Source of the DNA: an uncultured Eubacteriales bacterium
GTDB lineage: Bacteria > Bacillota > Clostridia > Christensenellales > CAG-138
Assembly: GCA_900542615.1 (NCBI GenBank)
Contig: UQOG01000003.1
Coordinates: forward strand, 1-63,470
Reading direction: 5' to 3'
DNA length: 63,470 nt
This document shows, one piece after another, positions 28,474-36,049 of the stretch (positions within the stretch are counted from its first letter, which is position 1; the number at the start of each line of letters is the position of its first letter). A model generated the notes under the pieces. That model made no database searches. It saw only the letters and a list, made by a program, of their open reading frames with translations, and was not told the origin of the DNA. The translations under genes and the position numbers were made by a program.

Positions 28474-29226
28474 TTACTCCTTTCCTTTGGGCTTTGCGCC
28501 CAGATCCACCTGATTGACCCCCTTGTCCAGCTTCCATTCCGTAAGGTTCGCTTTATCGGGGTCCAGTATATAAGCCGGTACGGGCTCCCGGAAAAAGGCC
28601 AGGATCTGACCCTTTTCGTCTGTATGATATTCCTGGGCGGGATAAAAGGCCGCCCCCCGCTTATGGGAAAACTGCAAGGGGGTATCCAAGGTGGCGTGCC
28701 CGCCCTCTGCGCCGGAAATGGCCACCACTTCGCTGTTTTTTCCATCCACGATCAGATAATTTCCCGGGAAGCGCCCCTCGGGCCCGCCCCGGAAATACAG
28801 CTTCGCCTCCCGGCTGCCCGCCTCCGCCGTATCCTGGGCCAGCTTCAGATCCGCCATGGCGGCCTTGGCCGCTACCCACAGGGCGCGGTCCGCTACCGGT
28901 TTCCCCCGCTCCGTCAGGGTGGCGGAAAGCTGGGTCATCTGGCTGTAAAGGGGATAGTTGGGGGCCGGCTTTAAGGTGACGTTTCGCTCCACATGGCCGG
29001 CTTCCGGGATCTCCAATAGGATCTTCTCATCCCGATACCGTCCGCCCCGCAGCACCACCGTATGGGGCCCGGGGGCCAGGTTGGTGAAGATCAGGTAGCC
29101 CCCCGGGCGGTAGCCCGGATGGCAAACCTGGCCGTCCAAGATACACCCCACGGCGTTTTGGGCCATAGGCTTGCCGGTAAACCCATCCCGCACAGCCAAA
29201 GCTGCGCTCAACCGCACGCGGATCAT
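28474..29226 (-). CDS. Hypothetical protein with carboxypeptidase-regulatory-like (beta-sandwich) N-terminal domain
   Basis: Trimmed to ATG 29226, which forms an ATGA overlap with the cap gene stop. GYLIFTNLAPGPHTVVLRGGRYRDEKILLEIP resembles the CarboxypepD_reg fold. The rest is unassigned. Confidence 0.6.
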   Translation of the reverse strand: MIRVRLSAALAVRDGFTGKPMAQNAVGCILDGQVCHPGYRPGGYLIFTNLAPGPHTVVLRGGRYRDEKILLEIPEAGHVERNVTLKPAPNYPLYSQMTQLSATLTERGKPVADRALWVAAKAAMADLKLAQDTAEAGSREAKLYFRGGPEGRFPGNYLIVDGKNSEVVAISGAEGGHATLDTPLQFSHKRGAAFYPAQEYHTDEKGQILAFFREPVPAYILDPDKANLTEWKLDKGVNQVDLGAKPKGKE

Positions 29227-29825
29227 AGGTTGCCTCCTTCCCGGATGCCGGCCTTTTCGTCCAACGCGATGGCCACGTCGCCCACCCGGGCCACCCGGCG
29301 GGTGCGCTTGCTGTCGATGAGGATGCCCTCCAGCTTGCACACGATGGATAGCTTATAGGGCTTGGTGGTATTGTTCCAGATCTTGATCATCTGGTCGAAA
29401 TTAGGCCGCTCCACGGAAATATGGATGGCCGCCCCGGTATCCAACAGGGAGCCCTGCAAATACTTCCGGTCCAGCACGGGCTGGTCCTTGAGTACCTGGA
29501 GCGCTGCCCCCAGCATCCGGTATTGATCCGCCTCCCGCAGCTGGGCGGGGGCCTTGGAATGGGCGGTGATCAAAAAGCTCAGCTGAAAGCGGGAAGGGGC
29601 CATGCGCTGCATGTTCCGGGTCTGTTGCATATAGCCCGCCTGGGGCGCGGCCTGCTTATCCTCCTCAATGTGGAACAGATAAACGGTAAGCTGGTTGTTT
29701 TCGCTTTCATGGGGGGAACACAGGGATATCAGATCCCGCTTGCTGATGGGCTCTGGGGTCATATTCTCCCGCAAAAGCTCCACCAGGCCGTTTCCCGCCT
29801 CCACAAAGGCCGTATAGTCTGCCAT
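29223..29825 (-). CDS. DUF4255 tail terminator/cap protein (Afp16/Pvc16-like)
   Basis: 200 aa. The N-terminal pattern LVELLRENM...ISLCSPHE...NQLTVYLFHIEED is characteristic of Pvc16_N/DUF4255. AGGAGGGAAGG SD present. Confidence 0.8.
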   Translation of the reverse strand: MADYTAFVEAGNGLVELLRENMTPEPISKRDLISLCSPHESENNQLTVYLFHIEEDKQAAPQAGYMQQTRNMQRMAPSRFQLSFLITAHSKAPAQLREADQYRMLGAALQVLKDQPVLDRKYLQGSLLDTGAAIHISVERPNFDQMIKIWNNTTKPYKLSIVCKLEGILIDSKRTRRVARVGDVAIALDEKAGIREGGNL

Positions 29826-29838
29826 CCGTCCTTCCCTC

Positions 29839-32349
29839 CTATCGGCTTAAGGCCGCCAGCCAATCATACTGGCTGGCCAGCATCCCATTGGTCAAGGTAT
29901 TCAAGGCGTACATCTGCACCGCGCAGCCGTGAATGGCCGTATGCAGATCCACCGTTGCCTGGCTGTGGGCGCACAGGGCGTCGCAACGGGCGGTCTCATC
30001 CACCGTGCCCATGGCGTATCCCTCCAGGGCTTTTTCCATATCCCCTTTGGCGGTATTGTAATCCGTCTGGGCTTGCAGCAGCTCCTGCCAGGCCAGTTCC
30101 AGATCCATCAACCCCAGGGCGATGGCCTCGCTATTTCCCGCCCCCTGTAACGCGTCCACATCCAAGGTGGCCGGGTCCACCAAAAACAGCGCCTCCGTCA
30201 AGTCATAATCCGCCAATGTCCCCGTCAGGGTACCCTTGGCTTCCAGCTGGATCTTCTCCATGGCCACCATGGCCCGGTTGGCGCTCAACTCCAGCTTGTT
30301 TACCTCCGCCGTCAGGGCGTCCACCGTCTCCTGGCTGCCTGTGCCCATGCTGCACTTTTTTTCTTCCGCCGCCAGCAGGGCCTTCTTCCACGCCGCCTGC
30401 TCCTCCATGGCCTGCCGGGTCTCCCCCTGCAGATAATAATCCGCCATGGCGGTCAGCCCCGCTTCCAGGGAGGCCCCCGAGGTGGCGCCTAACAACGCCG
30501 CCGGCGCCGCCGTGCCGTAATATTCGCAGCCCGGCCCTTCGCCGGCCGCGGATAGGGCGGCCGTTGCCCCGCTGCTGGCGGCAGCAGCGGCGGACGTTTG
30601 GGCGGTTTCAGCGGCGCTGCCGCTTGTTTGCGGCTCTGTTTGGGATTCCCCTACGGCCTCCCCGGTGGCACCGGCATCCTCCGTCAGCCCCAGCTTGCCC
30701 AGTAGGCTGTCCATCCGGGTGGCGTTCCCGCCATCCCCGGCGCTCCCCGACCCGGAGGCGCCCGGCAGGCTCTGGTTCACGATCCATTCCACCATCACCC
30801 ATTCCGTTTCCCCGGGCTGGCTCCAGCCCACGAATACATAGTCCTCGTAATAATAGGCGGTCCGGTGATAGGTGCCGTCGGGATAGGGCACCCCGCCGGT
30901 AAACACGGCGGCCTCGTCCCGCTCCTGCTTGTCGTACCCTGCGGCCTGGGCCTCGTATTCCGCCGGGGTATGCCAGGACATGGCGTCCGCAAAGGGGTCC
31001 GCATCCCGGTCATAGCCGTATACATAATATACCGTGGGGTCCGCCTCTTCGGTCTTGTAGGTACAGAACAGGGTCACGCCCAGGGCTTTGTTGTTGATGG
31101 AGAACCCGTTGCGCTCCCCCGGGGTCTCCATCAGCTCCGCTTCCCCAAAGGCCGCCCGCACCTCGTCCCCGGTCTTGTTGAGCAGCGCCCCCAGATCCGG
31201 CACCCCATGGATCATATTGCCGATGTAAATGGATTCCCCGGTGCTGGCATACAGGGTGCCTTCCCCATGGGGCACCAGCCCTTCCACATAGCCCTCGTAA
31301 TAGAGCTTGCCGCCCCAATGGATGGTCACCGCCCCCACCGGTTCCCCGGCCTCAAAGGTGCCGGTGAGCCGCAGGTCCTTGCGGATGTTCAGCACCCCGT
31401 CCCCGGAATACAGCCCTTGCAGGAACCCGCCCTGGTATAACAGGCTGCCGTCCTCGTTATAGAGGTTGCCCGTCTGGTCATACAGGCCGTCCAGGAAGCC
31501 GCCCTTATACTGCACCTGGCCGTTTTCATAGTACAAGGTGCCCTCGCCGTCGTATTTCCCCTGCAAATAGCCGCCCCGGTGGAGGATCTGGCCATTGGGG
31601 TAATAGGAAGTGCCCGTGCCGTCGTACAGGTCTGCGGCAAAGTCCCCCTTGTAACATACGATGCCGTCTTCATAGGCGGTGCCGGTACCCTCCCGCAAGC
31701 CGCCTGCAAACTGGCCTTCGTATAGGATCTCTCCGTCCTCATACAGGGTGCCCTTGCCTTCATAGACCCCGCCGGCAAAGTCGCCGGTATACACCAGCAC
31801 CCCTTCTTCATAATAGCTGCCCTTGCCCTCGTACATGCCGTCTACAAAGGCGCCTTCATACAGGACCCGGCCCGCCTCGTCATAGGCTTTGCCCTGGCCC
31901 TGGATCATGCCGTCCTCCATTTTGCCCTGGAGCATGGGCATATCCTTTTCCGGATCGTAATATACGATCACCTTCCCGCTGTAGGTGGGCACCGCTTCAT
32001 CCTTCTGATACAGCCGGGCGGTAAAGAACATGCGCACCAGCCAGGGCCATATCACGAAATAGAACAGCAACCCGAAGGCGATCAGCCCCACCGCCAGCAT
32101 GACCAGCAGGGACTTTGCCACGAACAATCGCTTGGTCTCAACGAAATCCTCCCGCTTGGTGGGCTTTTTCCCGGCCACCGCCACCGAGGACATGGCCTTG
32201 GGCACCAGCCGCACCGCCTGGCGGGACAGGCTGGTGACCCGGCGGATACGGGCCCGAAGCCCCACCACCTGCCGGGTGAGGAAGGCTCGGAAGGTACGGA
32301 ATACCAGCCCGCAGGAATTTAGGATTTGCTGAAAAAATCTTGCGATCAC
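29839..32349 (-). CDS. Single-pass membrane protein with ~12 MORN repeats, low-complexity linker and helical C-terminal domain
   Basis: GTG 32349 with an AGGGAGGA SD. The N-terminus is Arg/Lys-rich, followed by the TM LLVMLAVGLIAFGLLFYFVIWPWLV. Repeats follow the pattern YEGxFxxGxxxGxGTxYxxDG. A Ser/Ala/Gly/Thr-rich tract and a coiled/helical C-terminus follow. Confidence 0.8.
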   Translation of the reverse strand: MIARFFQQILNSCGLVFRTFRAFLTRQVVGLRARIRRVTSLSRQAVRLVPKAMSSVAVAGKKPTKREDFVETKRLFVAKSLLVMLAVGLIAFGLLFYFVIWPWLVRMFFTARLYQKDEAVPTYSGKVIVYYDPEKDMPMLQGKMEDGMIQGQGKAYDEAGRVLYEGAFVDGMYEGKGSYYEEGVLVYTGDFAGGVYEGKGTLYEDGEILYEGQFAGGLREGTGTAYEDGIVCYKGDFAADLYDGTGTSYYPNGQILHRGGYLQGKYDGEGTLYYENGQVQYKGGFLDGLYDQTGNLYNEDGSLLYQGGFLQGLYSGDGVLNIRKDLRLTGTFEAGEPVGAVTIHWGGKLYYEGYVEGLVPHGEGTLYASTGESIYIGNMIHGVPDLGALLNKTGDEVRAAFGEAELMETPGERNGFSINNKALGVTLFCTYKTEEADPTVYYVYGYDRDADPFADAMSWHTPAEYEAQAAGYDKQERDEAAVFTGGVPYPDGTYHRTAYYYEDYVFVGWSQPGETEWVMVEWIVNQSLPGASGSGSAGDGGNATRMDSLLGKLGLTEDAGATGEAVGESQTEPQTSGSAAETAQTSAAAAASSGATAALSAAGEGPGCEYYGTAAPAALLGATSGASLEAGLTAMADYYLQGETRQAMEEQAAWKKALLAAEEKKCSMGTGSQETVDALTAEVNKLELSANRAMVAMEKIQLEAKGTLTGTLADYDLTEALFLVDPATLDVDALQGAGNSEAIALGLMDLELAWQELLQAQTDYNTAKGDMEKALEGYAMGTVDETARCDALCAHSQATVDLHTAIHGCAVQMYALNTLTNGMLASQYDWLAALSR

Positions 32350-32402
32350 GTATGGATCCTCCCTGGAAAATCATCCTGTCCGGGCCGCGGCCCTTTGGGG
32401 GA

Positions 32403-32780
32403 TTAGAATAGGTACTGGATCAGCAGCAGGGCAATGCCTGCAAGCAACGCCGCCGCCACCACCCCGCCGACGATCCGCCGGGTCAGCCGTTTGTAATAGT
32501 CCGGCGCCACCCTAAGGGGCTGCACCGGGGAGCGGCGCACATAGCCATCCGGAGCTAAGACGGCCGGCTGCTCCTGCACATAAACCCCGGCCTTGGCCCG
32601 CTTGGGGGCGGCCTGTTTTTTTCGGGCCCGCTCCACCCGTTGGGCGGCGGCGCCGATCCTGGCGTTGGCGTAGCCCACGATGCTGGTCTCCCGGCGGAGC
32701 TCCGCCTGGGCGGTCCGCACCTGGTTCCGGGCCGCGCTCTTGACCTGGTTGCCCACCAGGTTCAAGGGATTGATGGCCAT
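32403..32780 (-). CDS. Small tail-anchored membrane protein (125 aa)
   Basis: ATG 32780 lies 2 nt after the upstream stop. It has a basic helical N-terminus and a single C-terminal TM, IVGGVVAAALLAGIALLLIQYLF. Confidence 0.6.
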   Translation of the reverse strand: MAINPLNLVGNQVKSAARNQVRTAQAELRRETSIVGYANARIGAAAQRVERARKKQAAPKRAKAGVYVQEQPAVLAPDGYVRRSPVQPLRVAPDYYKRLTRRIVGGVVAAALLAGIALLLIQYLF

Positions 32781-32782
32781 GG

Positions 32783-35272
32783 TTACACTTCCCTTCTGCT
32801 GGCCGGCTCCGACCCGTTCAGGCCGATCCAATCCGGCGCCTGCTTTTCAAACCGATCCGCCAGATACAGATAATGCCGCGCCACGCCGTCCTCGCCCTGC
32901 TGCCGGGCGATCTCCATAAACAGCCGCTTGGCCTGGGCGAAATCCCCGCTGTACAGGGCGTAGATCCCCGCGCTGAAGGAGGCCCGGGCGCTTTCCTTGG
33001 CCAGCCGCATTCCGTAGGGGTCCCCGTCGAAGATCTCGTATACCCGGATCGGGCTATCCCCATCCCGGCTCTTGCCGATATAGCGCAGGTGATATTCCTT
33101 GGCCGCGTCCGCCACCGCCATGGTACATAGGATGTTGGCGTCCAGCACCTGGGCCAGCTCCACCAGCTTGCGGGCGGTGTTCAGGCAGGCGGATACCACC
33201 GTGGGCACCACCCGGTCCTCGTCCCCCACCACGCCCATCATGGCCACCCCATGATCCAGGGCCACCCGCAGCTCCACCGGCGCGTCGTCCCGGGCTTCCC
33301 GCTGGGCGTTGAGCTCTAAAAGGGCCTGCCGGACCTCCACAGCCGCCCCCACCGCTGCCTGGGGCCCGCTTTCAAACACCGCGTCAAAGCCGTCGTGGGT
33401 AAAGTTATAAATGGTGCCCCCTGCGCCGGATACAGCGCCGGCGATGTGGGCGAATACCTCGTTAATGTTGTCGAACAGGGTCTGGGCGTCCTGCTGATAG
33501 GCTGCCTCCGGGAAGCGGAAGCGCACCACCATCATGGCGATCTCCTGGGATACGCTGGTATCCTTATCTACCTGCTCGATGTTGGCGACCCCCAGCAGGG
33601 CCACCAGCCGCCTGGGCACGAAGCGCATATACGCGCTTCCCGCCAGAGCCGCGCTTTCCTTTTTCTTCTCCAGGGCCCCGCTCAGGTCGTTGAAGGCCGC
33701 AGCCAGGGCTTCCAGCTCGTCTCCGGTATGGTGCTCCACCCGCACCTGGGGCGCTCCGCTGGCCAGCAGGTCCACCCCGCGGGTCACCCGCCGGGCGCCC
33801 AGGGCAGCCTCCCCGATGGCCAACAGGCTCAGCAGCGCCACCAGGGCCACCGCCCCGTAGGCATACAGGCCCAGCTCCAGGATGCCCCCCTGGATCGCCT
33901 GCTCCAGAGCCTTATCCTGCACCCGCACATAGAGCGCGCCGCCCTCCGCCTTCAGGCAGACGGCGTAATAATAGCCGATGCCGCCGGATGTGGCGTGGCC
34001 GGCATATTGCCCCTTTTCCCGGGCCAGGGCCAGCTGCTCCGCCACCCCGGGCAGGAAGCCCGGCGTCTGCAGGGTTGTGCCCGCCGCCTCCGGGCCGGAG
34101 CTGGCCAGCACTTCGTAGGCCCCATCCCCTCCCTGGCCCAATGCCAGGAAGGTGCAATCCGCATAATCCCCATCCGCCTGGGCCAGGGCCTGGGCGGCCT
34201 GGGTCAAGCCCGCCTCGTCCTGGGCGTCCACCTGGGCGGCCTGGGCCTCCAGAGCGGCCAGGATGTTCTGCTCCGCGCCGGCCCGGTACCGGGGCCCCAC
34301 CGCGATCAGCAGCGCCGTGCTTACGGCCACATAGCCTGCCAGGCCCAGCCACAGCAGGTTTTTCACCACCAGGGGGAAGTATAGCTTCTGGTATTCGCAC
34401 ACCAGATAGTAGAACCCATAGGACAGGAACAGCACCCCCGCCACCAGCAGGGCCAGCACCAGGCCGCTCTGCCAGGGGATCCGGTACAGGCCGGCGCTCA
34501 GGTCGGTATGCCCGCCTTGTGGGGATACCGATAGCAACATCTGCCCGCTCTCATAGAGGAGGGCCAAGGCCCCCCCGTTCCCATCGGGGGCCAGCCACGC
34601 CACGCTGGCGCCGGGCAGACCCGCCAGGGAAACGGCCTGCCTGGCCTGCTCCAGGGCCGCCGCGTTGGCGGCCTGGGCCTCCTGAACATCTTCCCCCGTC
34701 AGGGCGCCGGCGGCCACCAGGCCCTGGCCCTGGGCCGGATCAAAGGTATAGGCGGCGTATTCCCCCTCCTGGAGCACCGCCAGCTCCACCAGCTCCCCGG
34801 CGTCGGCGGCGTACAAGATCCCGGCGCTGGCCCGCCGCTGATCCCCGGTGGTCCCCGACAGGGGGGCCTCCAGCAGCAGCTGGAAGGGCTGCTCCGGCAA
34901 AGCCGCATACAGGGCATAGCGGGTCAGCTCCACGCCGGCCCGCTCATACAGCCCCAACAGGATGCAGCCGTTTTTCGCCACATAAATTTGTTCCACGGAA
35001 AAGTCCTGGGGCAAGCCCTCGGAAAGGGGCCGCTGGGAAACCCGGCCCTCCGCGCTGGCGCCATATAGGCTATACCCGCCGCCCCGCTCCGCTTCCAGGG
35101 CGTAGGCCACCCCGTCCGCCCCCTGGACGGCCTGGATAAAGGTACGCGTCCCGCCGCCGCTGCGCAGGTTTTCCGCCATATCCCCCAGCGCCGCCGGAAA
35201 CAAGCTGTAGAGCAGCACGCCAAACACGGCGATAAACAATAGGAAGATCGAAAACTTGCGAAGATTTCTCAT
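32783..35272 (-). CDS. Multi-pass membrane protein: ectodomain plus HAMP-like linker plus class III nucleotidyl-cyclase homology domain (probably degenerate) plus C-terminal TPR-like repeats
   Basis: Trimmed to ATG 35272, an ATGA overlap with the upstream stop. The HAMP-like string is GDELEALAAAFNDLSGAL. The cyclase-like strings are IAMMVVRFRFPE..., GGTIYNFTHDGFDAVFE, LRVALDHGVAMMGVVG and VSACLNTARKL. The C-terminus reads GIYALYSGDFAQAKRLFMEIA...ARHYLYLADRF. Confidence 0.75.
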   Translation of the reverse strand: MRNLRKFSIFLLFIAVFGVLLYSLFPAALGDMAENLRSGGGTRTFIQAVQGADGVAYALEAERGGGYSLYGASAEGRVSQRPLSEGLPQDFSVEQIYVAKNGCILLGLYERAGVELTRYALYAALPEQPFQLLLEAPLSGTTGDQRRASAGILYAADAGELVELAVLQEGEYAAYTFDPAQGQGLVAAGALTGEDVQEAQAANAAALEQARQAVSLAGLPGASVAWLAPDGNGGALALLYESGQMLLSVSPQGGHTDLSAGLYRIPWQSGLVLALLVAGVLFLSYGFYYLVCEYQKLYFPLVVKNLLWLGLAGYVAVSTALLIAVGPRYRAGAEQNILAALEAQAAQVDAQDEAGLTQAAQALAQADGDYADCTFLALGQGGDGAYEVLASSGPEAAGTTLQTPGFLPGVAEQLALAREKGQYAGHATSGGIGYYYAVCLKAEGGALYVRVQDKALEQAIQGGILELGLYAYGAVALVALLSLLAIGEAALGARRVTRGVDLLASGAPQVRVEHHTGDELEALAAAFNDLSGALEKKKESAALAGSAYMRFVPRRLVALLGVANIEQVDKDTSVSQEIAMMVVRFRFPEAAYQQDAQTLFDNINEVFAHIAGAVSGAGGTIYNFTHDGFDAVFESGPQAAVGAAVEVRQALLELNAQREARDDAPVELRVALDHGVAMMGVVGDEDRVVPTVVSACLNTARKLVELAQVLDANILCTMAVADAAKEYHLRYIGKSRDGDSPIRVYEIFDGDPYGMRLAKESARASFSAGIYALYSGDFAQAKRLFMEIARQQGEDGVARHYLYLADRFEKQAPDWIGLNGSEPASRREV

Positions 35273-36018
35273 GCTTTGCGTCCCTTTCTCTTTTTCCACA
35301 GCCGTTTACACCATCTACCCAGGTTCTGGAAGCATAGGTACAGGGCCCGCTGCAGGGAGGATTTCGCCTCCAGGGCCTCATAATCCGCGATGATCCCTTC
35401 CTTGGCCCGCAGCCAATGGCTATATAGGGCCACCGGCGTCAAAAACGCCTGCTCTTCCAAGCTATCCAAAAAGCGGATCTCCGCCTTGGGGGAGCTGAAC
35501 CGGCGAAGCAATACCTTCTTGACCTGGTCCATCAGCAGCAAGGCTTCCTCCCGGGGGTTCATATCCGCCAGGGGCAGCACCTGATACTGGACCTCCAGCC
35601 TGCCCTCCTTGGGCCAGATCCGCAGGTTGTCGCTGAGCAGGGCGGCGCAGGCGATCTCCGGCGGATAATCGGAAATGGACAGCCCCAGGTGGAACAGGGC
35701 CTGGGCCGTATCCACCCGTTCCTTCCAGCTTACCTCCGCCCCCTTATAGAATACCTGGTCGATGGGGGCGCCGTCCACCGCGTCGAACACCGCCACCAGG
35801 CTGCCCTTATCCATAAATATCCCATGGTACGCCGGGCAATGGCGCAGCCGGTCAAAGCTGTCCACATAGGTCTTGACCAGCTGCCCCTCGTATACGTTCA
35901 GCAGGTATTCCCGTTTGTCCCGGCTTTCCAGATCCACGGCCAGCAGGGCCGCATACTGGTCCTGGGCATGTTGGATATGGGTCACCTTATATCTGGAACG
36001 GATCAGGATCGCGTCCAC
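35269..36018 (-). CDS. Hypothetical soluble protein, faint degenerate protein-kinase-like layout
   Basis: The track ORF starts at TTG 36060. GTG 36018 behind AAGGGAGAAAGGGG is the more likely start. ILIRSRYKVTHI...YLLNVYEG...SLVAVFDAVDGAPIDQVF...LSDNLRIWPKEGRLEV loosely follows the kinase subdomain order but has no glycine loop, VAIK Lys or HRD. The functional call is weak. Confidence 0.55.
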   Translation of the reverse strand: MDAILIRSRYKVTHIQHAQDQYAALLAVDLESRDKREYLLNVYEGQLVKTYVDSFDRLRHCPAYHGIFMDKGSLVAVFDAVDGAPIDQVFYKGAEVSWKERVDTAQALFHLGLSISDYPPEIACAALLSDNLRIWPKEGRLEVQYQVLPLADMNPREEALLLMDQVKKVLLRRFSSPKAEIRFLDSLEEQAFLTPVALYSHWLRAKEGIIADYEALEAKSSLQRALYLCFQNLGRWCKRLWKKRKGRKA

Positions 36019-36049
36019 AGCATAACCCCTTTCTCCCTTGCTCTTCGGT

